A DNA stretch of 33,025 nt from Bradymonadales bacterium. Lineage in GTDB: Bacteria; Bdellovibrionota; UBA2394. Made by a program: the position numbers and the translations under genes. The notes beneath the pieces were generated by a model. The model ran no database searches and had not been told where the DNA came from. It saw nothing but the letters and a program-made list of their open reading frames with translations. The DNA lies in the NCBI GenBank assembly GCA_007693605.1, contig REDG01000061.1, forward strand, positions 1 through 33,025, read 5' to 3'. The first letter of the stretch is position 1. Each line of letters opens with the position of its first letter. Of the stretch, positions 9,434 to 18,919 are shown one piece after another.

Positions 9434-10909
9434 ATGGCTGTTCAGAGACTTTTGGCTTGTCTTCTTGGGGTGTTCTTCGGGCTCCTTGTTTCTTTTGGCA
9501 GCTTTGCTGCAAACTCTTCGTCGTCGCTGGCGGCGGCGGAAGTGGCCGCTGAAGTGCGAGAGGCCTTTCAAAGGGGAGAGCCCCCACTGCGAGTTCTTCT
9601 CTTTCTCGAAGAGGTGGGTGATCTTTCAGAGGCCTACGAGATCGAAGATCTCGATCAGCGCCGCCGCTTTGTTTTTGAACAAGTTCGAGATCACGCTCTC
9701 GAGAGCCAAGCCGATTTGGTTCACTTCTTGAAATCTCAACAACAGGCATTCCGACGATTTTATCTAGAGAACGCGATTCTGTTAAAAAGCCCTTCAAGAG
9801 AGCTGGTTGAAGAATTGGAAAGGCGCCCCGATGTCAGGAGAATCTCTCTAGACCCAGCATGGAAAAAGTCCAGGCTGCCTGAGGCGGGTGTCGAGCTACA
9901 AAACATTGTCAGCCCCATTCAGTACATTCAGGCCGATCGTGTCTGGAGGGAACTCGGGGCAACAGGCCGCGGCATCACGGTTGCCGTCCAAGACACAGGT
10001 GTCGATTGGAAACACCCCCTGCTGGCGGATCAATATCGCGGCGAACCCAACTCTCACGACTATCACTGGTACGACGCCGTTCAGACTTCCGTCTTGGCTC
10101 CATCAAACCCCTGTGGGCTCGCGAGTTTGGAGCCTTGCGATGACCACGGTCACGGCAGTCATGTTCTGGGAAGCATTCTTGGCAAAAACGGAATCGGAGT
10201 GGCGCCTGCAGCCCAGTGGATTGCCTGCCGAAATATGGATGCCGGCGAAGGTCGGCCCAGTCTATATATAGACTGCTATCAGTTCTTTCTGGCGCCCCAT
10301 CCGATGAAGGGCGATCCGTTTTTTGATGGAAAGCCAGAACTCGCCGCCGACATCATTAACAACTCATGGGGATGTCCCCTCGAAGAAGGTTGCCAAGGTT
10401 TTGAGATGAATCAAGTTTTTCGAGCCCTTCACGCGGCAGGCATTGCAAACATTGTCGGCTCTGGCAACGAGGGCCCAGCCTGCGGCAGCGTCAAAGACTT
10501 GCCCGCCGCCAAGGCTTCACTCAATCTCGTGGTGGGGGCTCTTGACCATCGATGGGGAGGTCTTGCTTTTTTCTCAAGCCGTGGCCCCGCTGCTTTTGAC
10601 GGAGGCCTGGCCCCTCATCTTGTGGCTCCGGGCGTGAGCATTCGCTCTAGCGTACCGGGCGGCGGCACGCGCAGCATGAGCGGAACTTCTATGGCCACTC
10701 CGCATATGTCTGGAGCTCTGGCCCTACTCTGGAGCGACCAGCCCGAACTGCGGGGGAAGCTAGAAGAGTCCTATGAGAGATTTTTTCAAACCGCAAAGCC
10801 CATGCGAAGTCAGCAAAACTGCGGGACAGTGTCAGGGCAAGATGTTCCAAATCATAGTTTTGGATACGGAGTGATACAGATATGGGAGGCTCTCACACGA
10901 AACGACTAA
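9434..10909 (+). CDS. Secreted S8 subtilisin-like serine protease (bacillopeptidase F-like)
   Basis: Signal peptide, prodomain, catalytic Asp (VQDTG), His (HGHGSH), oxyanion Asn (SGNEG) and Ser (GTSMATPH). ATG at 9434 follows a G-rich SD. Confidence 0.95.
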   Translation: MAVQRLLACLLGVFFGLLVSFGSFAANSSSSLAAAEVAAEVREAFQRGEPPLRVLLFLEEVGDLSEAYEIEDLDQRRRFVFEQVRDHALESQADLVHFLKSQQQAFRRFYLENAILLKSPSRELVEELERRPDVRRISLDPAWKKSRLPEAGVELQNIVSPIQYIQADRVWRELGATGRGITVAVQDTGVDWKHPLLADQYRGEPNSHDYHWYDAVQTSVLAPSNPCGLASLEPCDDHGHGSHVLGSILGKNGIGVAPAAQWIACRNMDAGEGRPSLYIDCYQFFLAPHPMKGDPFFDGKPELAADIINNSWGCPLEEGCQGFEMNQVFRALHAAGIANIVGSGNEGPACGSVKDLPAAKASLNLVVGALDHRWGGLAFFSSRGPAAFDGGLAPHLVAPGVSIRSSVPGGGTRSMSGTSMATPHMSGALALLWSDQPELRGKLEESYERFFQTAKPMRSQQNCGTVSGQDVPNHSFGYGVIQIWEALTRND

Positions 10910-11910
10910 CTCAACTCTCTCTCGCTTGCCTGCTCAGTTTTTCTTGGAGCGGCCTTTCGGTCTGGGGCATGGATCTCACTGAATCTTTCGACGAGACTCG
11001 TCTGGGCGGAGAGAAGCAAGGCTGGTGGCTCGACTATGATCTTGAGGGTCAGGTCTTGTTTAACCACAATCATCGAGTCGTAAATAAAGAAAATGGCGTC
11101 CAATTGGCCGCCGGACTTCAAGCTCGCCTGCGAGCCACAAGCTATCGGGCTCTTTCAGAGTGGCGAAATGAATTGAGTATCAAACAACAGTTTCAGAGAG
11201 AGCCCGTTCTTTCTCGTTGGATGAATATGATGGACGAGCTGGCACTGGATAGTCTTTACTTTCGAAAATGGAAGTCACGAGCGCCTTGGGGAATCTTTGG
11301 TCGAGCGAACTTAAAGACCTCTCTCTTCTCTTCGTTTGATGACCATACGAGCGCGAAAACCTTTGAGATCACCGAACGAGACGGGTCGACAGAAAGCGTC
11401 TCAACCGACCGCCTTCGCCTGAGTCGAAGCTTTCAGCCTCTGCAGTTTCGCGAGAACCTCGGTCTGTTTTATCGTCCGATCGAGACTTCTCGTTCACGAC
11501 TTGAAATTTTATTGGGAGGCAGCCTCCGACAGAACTTGAGTAAGGGCCAAAGAGTGGTTTCGAAATCGAACAGCCCTCCGCCAGATTTTCTTGTGAACAC
11601 TCTTGGCAACAGCTATTTGGCGGGAGCCGAGGCCCAACTGAACTTTTCAGGGGAGCTCAAAGAACTCCTGAACTACGAGCTGAAAGCGGAGTGGATGATG
11701 CCTTTTTATGACTCCGCCAGGCCAGACGACAAAAGCCTTCTTCAGAGATCGAGTTGGCTGTTGGGCGCTGAGTTTAGACTAGAGCTGTTGACTTGGTTGA
11801 GAGTGGTTTCTGAGACTCGACTCTGGAAGGAACCTCAACTTCAGAACCGCTCTCAGTTTCTTCAAGCTCTCTCACTTCGATTCGGCTTCTCGAATGAAAC
11901 TCAACTTTGA
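10882..11910 (+). CDS. Putative outer-membrane beta-barrel protein (DUF3078/DUF481-like)
   Basis: Signal peptide, many amphipathic beta-strand patterns, and C-terminal LSLRFGF resembling a beta-signal. Overlaps the protease gene end. Confidence 0.65.
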   Translation: MGGSHTKRLTQLSLACLLSFSWSGLSVWGMDLTESFDETRLGGEKQGWWLDYDLEGQVLFNHNHRVVNKENGVQLAAGLQARLRATSYRALSEWRNELSIKQQFQREPVLSRWMNMMDELALDSLYFRKWKSRAPWGIFGRANLKTSLFSSFDDHTSAKTFEITERDGSTESVSTDRLRLSRSFQPLQFRENLGLFYRPIETSRSRLEILLGGSLRQNLSKGQRVVSKSNSPPPDFLVNTLGNSYLAGAEAQLNFSGELKELLNYELKAEWMMPFYDSARPDDKSLLQRSSWLLGAEFRLELLTWLRVVSETRLWKEPQLQNRSQFLQALSLRFGFSNETQL

Positions 11911-12345
11911 GAGGAACGGACTGACAACCCAAGCGCTCAAATAAAACCCAAAGAAGTAAATCGGAGCAAAACCCAACTCATCAACCAATTGGCCCCCAAA
12001 GCTTAAGAGCGCAAAAATCGTGGACTGAAAAAAAACCACCCCATTGATGACTCGAAGTCGCCGTTGAAACCGACTCAAATCTGAAGCCAAAATTGTTCCA
12101 GAAAGAATGAGCGCCACAATGGGAAGGTTCATGATGATCAAACCGGGCACAACCAGCTCGACAAAGGGAAAACTCCTCACCCACAAGGTCATCCAAAATC
12201 CAAGGCTCAACTGAAAGAGTAGCTGAAAAAAGTAGAGCGCCAACAAGCGAAGGGGTCCTGACTTCCTAGAGTTCAGGACCCAAACCAGTAAAATCAGATA
12301 GAAGCCACAGAATAGACTGGGGCTAATCCAATTAAGACCCAACAA
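11872..12345 (-). CDS. Hypothetical integral membrane protein (about 5 TM)
   Basis: Very hydrophobic 157-aa ORF whose start overlaps the end of the FKBP gene. Confidence 0.65.
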   Translation of the reverse strand: MLGLNWISPSLFCGFYLILLVWVLNSRKSGPLRLLALYFFQLLFQLSLGFWMTLWVRSFPFVELVVPGLIIMNLPIVALILSGTILASDLSRFQRRLRVINGVVFFQSTIFALLSFGGQLVDELGFAPIYFFGFYLSAWVVSPFLSKLSFIREAESK

Positions 12346-13015
12346 TCTCTACGAGCTCAACCTCGAAAATCAAAACCGCATTTGGAGGAATTCGGGGCGG
12401 ACTTCCTCGCTCTCCATAAGCCAGCTCACTGGGAATGAAGAGTTCCCACTTGGCACCTGGCTTCATGAGCTGAAGGGCCTCGACCCAACCCGGAATCACC
12501 CCCGTCACTGGAAATCGAGCGGGCTGATTTCTAGCATAAGAGCTATCAAACTCTGTCCCATCCAATAGGCGCCCTCGATAGTGGACCACCACCTCATCGG
12601 TAGAACGAGGAGATCGGCCTTCGCCTTCTTCAATCACTCGGTACTGCAGACCAGACTCCGTCGTCTGAACTCCATCTTTGGCTTTGTTCTCTTCAAGAAA
12701 TCGACCGCCATCTTCTTTGTTCGCAGTGGATTGCCTTTCGGCCCCCTCCATCGCGTCTTGTGTTGCTTTCATCATCACCTCTTGCATTTGTTGTTCACTC
12801 AGACGACTCTCTCGCCCACTCATCACATCTTCAATCGACATCGCAAGCGCCTTCGAATCCAGCTCAATGCCTTGGGCTTTCAACTCGCGACCAATCTGTT
12901 GACCAATCAAATAGCTCAACTTTCTTTCCTGACTGTCCAATTCGACCTCTTGAGCTTCTCGGTTACAGGCAGAGACGCCTAAAAACAAAAGGCCCAAAAC
13001 TAAAACAATTCTCAT
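12332..13015 (-). CDS. fkpA: FKBP-type peptidyl-prolyl isomerase (FkpA/Mip family), lipoprotein
   Basis: SYLIG N-domain, SGLQY, VHYRGRLLDGTEFDSS, VIPGWVEAL, LAYG, IPPNAVLIFEVEL. ATG at 13015 with SD AAGGAG; lipobox VSAC. Confidence 0.95.
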   Translation of the reverse strand: MRIVLVLGLLFLGVSACNREAQEVELDSQERKLSYLIGQQIGRELKAQGIELDSKALAMSIEDVMSGRESRLSEQQMQEVMMKATQDAMEGAERQSTANKEDGGRFLEENKAKDGVQTTESGLQYRVIEEGEGRSPRSTDEVVVHYRGRLLDGTEFDSSYARNQPARFPVTGVIPGWVEALQLMKPGAKWELFIPSELAYGERGSPPRIPPNAVLIFEVELVEIVGS

Positions 13016-13055
13016 ACTAACTCCTTTATATTGCTTCGAAAAAACCACAGCCAAT

Positions 13056-13085
13056 AGCCTAACGACTGTTCTCTCTCTTCGTCAA
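13056..13085 (-). promoter_or_regulatory. Putative sigma-70 promoter for the FKBP gene
   Basis: Minus strand TTGACG-N18-TAGGCT, about 40 bp upstream of the start. Confidence 0.5.
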
Positions 13086-13103
13086 TCAGGGGATTGTCGC
13101 CAT

Positions 13104-13185
13104 CGGGACTGGCGATAGCAGTGTGGTTAAAATGCCACTCGAGAAGCGCAGCGACGCAGCCGCCGAAGCAGATGGGCCTTTAGCG
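13104..13185. repeat. Internally deleted copy of the palindromic element
   Basis: 13118-13185 matches 13241-13308 at 66/68 nt. It is preceded by CGGGACTGGCGATA, resembling the element's left end GGGGAGTGGCGATA. Confidence 0.85.
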
Positions 13186-13191
13186 GTTCAT

Positions 13192-13317
13192 GGGGAGTGG
13201 CGATAAGGGTCCAGATGCGAGAAGGCAAGAAGCGAGCATCGCAGTGTGGTTAAAATGCCACTCGAGAAGCGCAGCGACGCAGCCGACGAAGCAGATGGGC
13301 CCTTAGCGCCACTCCCC
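13192..13317. mobile_element. 126-bp MITE/REP-like element with 27-bp terminal inverted repeats
   Basis: Left end GGGGAGTGGCGATAAGGGTCCAGATGC versus reverse complement of right end GGGGAGTGGCGCTAAGGGCCCATCTGC (23/27). Non-coding; abuts the MAPEG stop codon. Confidence 0.7.
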
Positions 13318-13725
13318 TCAGACTCCACCCAAGACTTCCCAAAGCCCTCGCCCCAAAAGACTCAGGCTCGAAAGAAGCCCAAGAGTCCAAAAAACCACCC
13401 GAGGGGCCACGATGCCCGCCACATAGCTTGTGAAGTGGAGAACTCGGCAAGCCACAAAAAGCCAGGCCAAGAAAACCCAAAGAAGGGAGTCCACACCCAA
13501 AAACTCAAGACTTAAGACGCCCACTAAAAAGGCGGGAAAGTTGTCCTTCAAGTTCTGATAAGCTCTTTCAGCCCTCTCACCCCACAAGGGCAGACTCGTC
13601 GACTCAGGTGGCCGATCTCGATTTGAGGCCAGATAAGAGATTCCGTAAGCCCTTCTCTTGGCAAGTGAGGCGGGAAGCCAGGCCACAGCAAACAGAAGAC
13701 TCATCACCAGTAGTGCTGCCAACAT
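13318..13725 (-). CDS. MAPEG family membrane protein
   Basis: RAERAYQNLKDNFPAF and RVLHFTSYVAG motifs, about 4 TM helices. ATG at 13725 with GGAGG SD, 2 nt after the metG stop. Confidence 0.9.
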   Translation of the reverse strand: MLAALLVMSLLFAVAWLPASLAKRRAYGISYLASNRDRPPESTSLPLWGERAERAYQNLKDNFPAFLVGVLSLEFLGVDSLLWVFLAWLFVACRVLHFTSYVAGIVAPRVVFWTLGLLSSLSLLGRGLWEVLGGV

Positions 13726-13727
13726 TT

Positions 13728-15227
13728 TTAAGACTCCTCCTTCCACTCAATTTTGGGAAACAAAGGCTCAGGCGATTGAAGCCTAAACGAAACGGAATCT
13801 GCCGCCAGAACTTCTGGACCCAAAACCTCAGGCTGCCCGAGCGTCTGAAGAATCTTACGGCTCACTTCCGGCAGAAAAGCCTGGGCCAACACCGCAGTTC
13901 CAAAAATTCCAAAGAGCGCGTTTGAGAGGCAGCTCTTAAGAGCCTCTGAGCCCGCTTCCATTTTCCAAGGCGCTTGATCATTCAAATACAAATTGAGTTG
14001 GTTGATTTGAAGCCACAGACTCTCAAGGGCTCGGTGGTGTTCTCGCCGAGTCATTGAGCCCTCTAGTTTTTCAAACAATTTGGGAAAGTCAAACGACCTG
14101 TCCTCTCGGCGAGACTCCCAGGTCTCACCGCCCTTCTTCAAAGCCAATTTCACCACCCGACTCAAGAGATTTCCAAAGTCGTTAGCCAGTTCGGTGTTGT
14201 GTCTCATCACAAGATCTTTAATCACGAAAGCTCCGTCGCCCCCGCTGGGAATCGCTCGAAGCAAATAGTAGCGAAAACTATCCAAAGGAAACTGACCAAT
14301 GATCTGGTAGGGATCAACGCCGTTTCCTAATGTCTTCGACATCTTTCGTCCGTCTTGGCCCAAAACCATCCCATGAACGAAAACTTGCTCAGGAAGTTCC
14401 AGATCAGCCGCCTTCAAAAGGCAAGGCCAGATCACTGCATGAAACCAGACAATATCCTTTCCGATGACATGAACCGACGCGGGCCACCACTTCTCTTCGG
14501 AGTTTCTGACCGCCGACCAGTAGTTGATCAAGGCGTCAAACCAAGTATACATCACATGCTTTTCGTCGCCGGGCACAGGAATCCCCCACGAATGATTGGG
14601 GCGGCTGACGGAAAGATCCCTAATCTTTTCACTTCGAATGCGGTTCAAGATTTCTGAGTGAGCGGCTTTTGGCCAAACGAAGTTTTCATTGTCCCGAATA
14701 TGAGCCTCAATCCATTCGGCATACTCACTGAGCTTAAAGAAATAGCCGTCTTCTTTGACCCGTTCGAGCGGGCTTCCGTGGGCCGGACACTTGCCGTCTG
14801 CCGCCTGAAGCTCTGTGTAAAAAGCCTCACAAGACAAGCAGTATTGGCCCTCATACTGTCCAAAGTAAATCTTTGATTTCTTTTGAAGTCTTTCCCAAAG
14901 CTCCTGGGCGGCTTCTTTGTGCCTGGCCTCAGTGGTTCGAATGAAATCCGAATGAGACAGGCCCAAATCAGCGCACAGCTTCCGGAACTTGTCGACCTGA
15001 AGGTCCACAAAGTCTTTGGTTGGCTCACCCGCCTCTTCTGCGGCTCTCACCAGTTTCTGACCATTCTCATCGGTGCCTGTCAAAAAATGAACCTGATCGC
15101 CGCGGAATCGATACCATCTCGCATAGCAGTCTGAAATCAACTTTTCGTAAGCGTGACCCATATGGGGTGAGCCATTGGGATAGTCGATGGCCGTGGTAAT
15201 ATAGAACTTCCTAGGCATTTGCTTCAC
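13728..15227 (-). CDS. metG: Methionine--tRNA ligase (short form, one Zn knuckle)
   Basis: YITTAIDYPNG, HMGH (HIGH motif), TGTDENG, CxxC...CxxH, YTWFDAL, IGKDI, KMSKT. No C-terminal tRNA-binding appendix. Start may be 15218. Confidence 0.98.
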   Translation of the reverse strand: MKQMPRKFYITTAIDYPNGSPHMGHAYEKLISDCYARWYRFRGDQVHFLTGTDENGQKLVRAAEEAGEPTKDFVDLQVDKFRKLCADLGLSHSDFIRTTEARHKEAAQELWERLQKKSKIYFGQYEGQYCLSCEAFYTELQAADGKCPAHGSPLERVKEDGYFFKLSEYAEWIEAHIRDNENFVWPKAAHSEILNRIRSEKIRDLSVSRPNHSWGIPVPGDEKHVMYTWFDALINYWSAVRNSEEKWWPASVHVIGKDIVWFHAVIWPCLLKAADLELPEQVFVHGMVLGQDGRKMSKTLGNGVDPYQIIGQFPLDSFRYYLLRAIPSGGDGAFVIKDLVMRHNTELANDFGNLLSRVVKLALKKGGETWESRREDRSFDFPKLFEKLEGSMTRREHHRALESLWLQINQLNLYLNDQAPWKMEAGSEALKSCLSNALFGIFGTAVLAQAFLPEVSRKILQTLGQPEVLGPEVLAADSVSFRLQSPEPLFPKIEWKEES

Positions 15228-15318
15228 TTCAATCAGTCGCGCACAGCGTCAAAAAAATTTACACAACTTAAATTCGATTTTTTTCTAACCCCTAGACTAG
15301 CCTGTTTTTGATCGGGAG

Positions 15319-16434
15319 GTGAGCTTGATTTTTAGAAATTTCCTCGTACTAACAACCATTTTCTTTCTAAGCTTTAGCCTTTTTAGCCTGCAGGCCCTTG
15401 TCATCTCGGTGATGAGCTATAATGTCGAAAATCTTTTCGATACAGAAAACGACCCAAGATACTTCGATCAAGACTTCACGCCTGAGGGTCGAATGGAATG
15501 GACCGAAGAGCGACTTCAAGAAAAAATGAAAAACCTATCGGAGGTCGTCCTTTCCGTTGAAAATTCGCATGGCCACCCCTGCCCCGACATTCTGGGTTTG
15601 TCTGAAGTAGAAAATCGACAGGTTCTTGAGCGCTGGAGAGACGAGCACCTGCGGGCCTGCGAGTATCGAACCTTAGTGGTTCACCAACCCGACCCCACCG
15701 AAGACCGAGACGACGACCCTCGTGGCATTCGAGTTGCCGTCATGAGCCGGATGACGCTGGCCGATCAACCCAGCATGATGCAGCCCTATCGTGGGGCTCG
15801 GTATATTCTAGAAGTTCCACTCGAAGTTCAAGGTCAGCCCTTGATCGTCATCAAGAGCCATTGGCGCAGCAGAATCAACGGCGGAGAGGAGCGGCGAGCC
15901 CAATACGCTCAAATGATTGCAAACCGCCTTCAAGAGATTCATCTCGCCAATCCCTTTATGGATGTCGTCGTCATGGGGGACTTTAACGATGAACCAGAAG
16001 ATGACTCCCTCCTCAAACACCTGCAGGTTCAGCTCGACTTCGACGGGCGATTTCGAGACTCTCGAAAATTCTTTTTGTGGAATTCGTCTTACGATTTGTT
16101 TCACCTTCCGAGCGTTCTTGAACGAGCTAAAAGAGAGGGCTATGATGTGGATGAAATCGAGAGAGTGGCCCGAAGAATTCGAGGCACCTTCTATTTTGAA
16201 CGAGACAAGATCTGGAATCAGATCGACCATATTCTGCTTTCAAGAAGCCTGTTCGAGCCCTTTGGCTTCCGCTACATCCCCGAATCATTTCGAGTCTATC
16301 GCCACCCCAAATTTGTGAACGAGGACGGAAGCCCCAAGTCCTTTGTGCAGTGGAATTCTCGACAGCAGCGGCCTGAATACCTCGGAGGCGCCTCTGACCA
16401 TTTTCCGGTGATGCTACGCTTAGAACTCCAATGA
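15319..16434 (+). CDS. Secreted endonuclease/exonuclease/phosphatase (EEP) family protein
   Basis: Signal peptide; SYNVENLFD, EVEN, GDFND, DHIL, SDHFPV. Confidence 0.93.
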   Translation: MSLIFRNFLVLTTIFFLSFSLFSLQALVISVMSYNVENLFDTENDPRYFDQDFTPEGRMEWTEERLQEKMKNLSEVVLSVENSHGHPCPDILGLSEVENRQVLERWRDEHLRACEYRTLVVHQPDPTEDRDDDPRGIRVAVMSRMTLADQPSMMQPYRGARYILEVPLEVQGQPLIVIKSHWRSRINGGEERRAQYAQMIANRLQEIHLANPFMDVVVMGDFNDEPEDDSLLKHLQVQLDFDGRFRDSRKFFLWNSSYDLFHLPSVLERAKREGYDVDEIERVARRIRGTFYFERDKIWNQIDHILLSRSLFEPFGFRYIPESFRVYRHPKFVNEDGSPKSFVQWNSRQQRPEYLGGASDHFPVMLRLELQ

Positions 16435-16481
16435 CCGAGGCCTTGGCAAACGACTAAATTCGTCTTATAAACGGCCTCAAC

Positions 16482-16973
16482 ATGGATGTTGCCGTTTTTG
16501 CTGCCGGTTGTTTTTGGGGAGTCGAAGAGTATTTTCTTCGACTGCCAGGCGTTCGCTCCACACAAGTCGGCTATACCGGGGGAAAGACTCTTGAACCCAG
16601 CTACGAGCAAGTTTGTCGAACAGAAACGGGACACGCAGAGGCTGTGCGAGTCGAGTTTGATTCCAACGAAATTTCTTATGCTGAACTTCTCTCTCACTTC
16701 TGGCGGATGCATGACCCCAGCAGCTATCACCGACAAGGCCCAGACATAGGAAGTCAGTATCGATCGGCCATTTTTTTTACCAATGAAGAGCAAAGGCAAC
16801 TGGCCGAATTGTCTAGGAGCCAAAAGCTGGCTGCCGGTCAAAAGATTGTGACAGAGATCACGGCCCTCGAAAAATTTTGGCCCGCTGAGGACTACCATCA
16901 ACAATACCTTCGAAAAAACCCTCAGGCAGGTTGTCATATTGCTCTGCCGCCCTTGAAAGAGAACTCGGCTTAG
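16482..16973 (+). CDS. msrA: Peptide-methionine (S)-S-oxide reductase
   Basis: GCFWG active site, GHAE, QGPDIGSQYRSAIF, AEDYHQQY. Confidence 0.98.
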   Translation: MDVAVFAAGCFWGVEEYFLRLPGVRSTQVGYTGGKTLEPSYEQVCRTETGHAEAVRVEFDSNEISYAELLSHFWRMHDPSSYHRQGPDIGSQYRSAIFFTNEEQRQLAELSRSQKLAAGQKIVTEITALEKFWPAEDYHQQYLRKNPQAGCHIALPPLKENSA

Positions 16974-16988
16974 AGCGATGAAGGATTT

Positions 16989-17522
16989 GTGAGAGCCCTA
17001 AACAGAACGGAGAGAAAAGTGGCCGTGTCGAATTCCACAAAAGCCTCGGGCCCTCGAGAAATTCGAAAGATTTCATCGAAAGACTGTTGGCCTCTTCGTC
17101 TGAAACTTCTTCGCCCAGGCCAATCCATAGAGACAGTACAGTTTGAGGGTGACGATTGGCCAGGGAGCTTACATCTGGGAGCTTTCATGAGATTGCAAGG
17201 GGACGAGACGCCTTGTGTTGGAGTTCTCAGCTTGATCGCCAGAAACGAATTGTTTGAAAAGTCCTCGAAGGAGTTCCAGTTGCGGGGAATGGCCGTTGAG
17301 CCTTCGCTGCAGGGCCAAGGTGTTGGAGCTGAGTTGCTCGCAGAAGGCATTCGATGGGCCAAGGAAACTGGAATACACATGATTTGGTGTAACGCTCGCA
17401 CTCCTGTTCTCAACTTCTACCGCAAGTTTGGTTTTGCTTCCGAGGGAGAAGAATTCGACATTCCACTCGGTGGGCCACACTATCGAATGAGATGGGGTCG
17501 GGAGACGAAAGTGCCAGACTAG
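16989..17522 (+). CDS. GNAT family N-acetyltransferase
   Basis: QLRGMAV, QGQGVG acetyl-CoA motif A, WCNAR, FYRKFGF. The true start may be slightly downstream. Confidence 0.92.
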   Translation: MRALNRTERKVAVSNSTKASGPREIRKISSKDCWPLRLKLLRPGQSIETVQFEGDDWPGSLHLGAFMRLQGDETPCVGVLSLIARNELFEKSSKEFQLRGMAVEPSLQGQGVGAELLAEGIRWAKETGIHMIWCNARTPVLNFYRKFGFASEGEEFDIPLGGPHYRMRWGRETKVPD

Positions 17523-17596
17523 CGACCCAACCCACAAAGCCGGCGGGCCTTTAGCGCTCGACACCCAGAGCACGGAGCCGCTAGACTTCCGAGTGA

Positions 17597-18424
17597 ATGT
17601 CTTGGTGGGAAGCAGTGGTGTTGGGAATTGTGCAGGGACTGTCGGAGTTCCTCCCCATTTCGAGTACGGCGCACATCGTTTTAGCCCAGAAGCTCATGGG
17701 ACTGGAGTTTCCGGGGCTTAGCCTCGAGATATTTCTTCATCTGGCGTCCGCATTGGCCTTGATTCTGTATTTCCGGAGAGAACTCCTCGAAATCAGTCTC
17801 GGCTTCATTCGTTATCCCTTTCAAAAGCGGCTGTCTGATCGAAAGAATTTCTGGCTCGCTATTTATTTAACAGTCGTGACGGCGATCACGGGCCTTTTAG
17901 GCGTGAGCTTGAAAGAGGTTTTGGATGCTCACCTAAAGACCCCTCTTGTCTTGGGACTGGCGTTTGTAACCACTGCATTCTTCTTGGTGTTTGTTGAGAG
18001 AATTCATCGCCACGGAGAAAAGACCATGGACGACATCCGGCTTCGAGAAGCCCTTTGGATCAGTCTAGCCCAAAGCATTGCCGTCATCCCAGGCGTTTCA
18101 CGGGCGGGAGCAACCTTAGTCGGGGGGCTTTTGGTTGGCCTGAAGAAGGAAGATGCGGTGCGCTTTAGCTTCCTCCTCGCTCTGCCGGTCATTCTTGGCT
18201 CTTCTGTTTTGGCCTTCAAAGATTGGAATATGAGTCTTGGAGCTGATATCTCTATCGAGGCGCTTGCGATTGGCTTTGTGATGAGCTTTGTTTTTTCCCT
18301 CGTCGGAATCAAATGGCTGATTGCCTTTGTACAAAAAAGTCGCCTGATTTATTTTGCGGGCTACTGCTTTCTTTTGGGGCTTTTTTGTTTAACTTTCGGC
18401 AGAGACTTTCTCGTCATTTCTTAA
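17597..18424 (+). CDS. uppP: Undecaprenyl-diphosphate phosphatase (BacA)
   Basis: GIVQGLSEFLPISSTAH, PGVSRAG, FSFLL; polytopic membrane protein. Confidence 0.96.
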   Translation: MSWWEAVVLGIVQGLSEFLPISSTAHIVLAQKLMGLEFPGLSLEIFLHLASALALILYFRRELLEISLGFIRYPFQKRLSDRKNFWLAIYLTVVTAITGLLGVSLKEVLDAHLKTPLVLGLAFVTTAFFLVFVERIHRHGEKTMDDIRLREALWISLAQSIAVIPGVSRAGATLVGGLLVGLKKEDAVRFSFLLALPVILGSSVLAFKDWNMSLGADISIEALAIGFVMSFVFSLVGIKWLIAFVQKSRLIYFAGYCFLLGLFCLTFGRDFLVIS

Positions 18425-18582
18425 CTAACAGACTGTGATCATCTGCTACTCAAAAGTTTCAAGCCAATCTCCTTTGGCCGTCTAACGAAAGTATGGATCT
18501 CATTGGATCACCAACTTTAGATGGGTTTGAGAGAACGAGCTTCGTGAGAAGCTGGGGAACTTTTTGAAAGGAGTACAGCTAT

Positions 18583-18918
18583 ATGTCAACGAATCCAAGC
18601 TTTAAAAAAGAGAAGATTGAGAGTGCCCTAAAACTTCTTGATGATGCCGCCAAAGAAACCAAAGAAGACATCTCTGGAATGGTGAGAGAAAAATACCACC
18701 ACCTTGAGGACTCCATTTCTCAGATTCAACCCGCCATCAAAAGGCAGCTTCATGAAGTCTCTGATATGACCGCCAAGGCCTATAAAAAGGGCAAGAAAAC
18801 AGCAATGGAAGCAGCAGAGCAAGTTGATCACTCAGTTCACGAAAGCCCATGGCCCTACATCGGAGGCGCTGCTTTGCTTGGCGCGATGGCTGGCTATCTT
18901 TTGTCGAGAAAGTGGTAA
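18583..18918 (+). CDS. DUF883 (ElaB/YqjD) family tail-anchored protein
   Basis: Helical body, VHESPW motif, C-terminal TM ending LLSRK; SD AAGGAG. Confidence 0.88.
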   Translation: MSTNPSFKKEKIESALKLLDDAAKETKEDISGMVREKYHHLEDSISQIQPAIKRQLHEVSDMTAKAYKKGKKTAMEAAEQVDHSVHESPWPYIGGAALLGAMAGYLLSRKW

Positions 18919-18919
18919 C

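Noticed and set aside
11872..11910. Convergent gene-end overlaps (also 4132-4135, 7868-7871, 21634-21651)
   Set aside because: Short tail-to-tail overlaps are common in compact genomes and need no special explanation.
13118..13308. Direct repeats as a CRISPR array
   Set aside because: Only two 68-bp units, too long for CRISPR repeats; no cas genes; better explained by a duplicated inverted-repeat element.
13246..13515. ORFs 13246-13515(+) and 13250-13480(-)
   Set aside because: They overlap the MAPEG gene and the repeat and have no protein-like motifs.
14335..14349. KMSKT instead of KMSKS in MetRS
   Set aside because: Conservative variant seen in class I synthetases; all other motifs are intact.
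16296..17573. Minus-strand ORFs opposite msrA and the GNAT gene
   Set aside because: Antisense shadows of strongly supported plus-strand genes.
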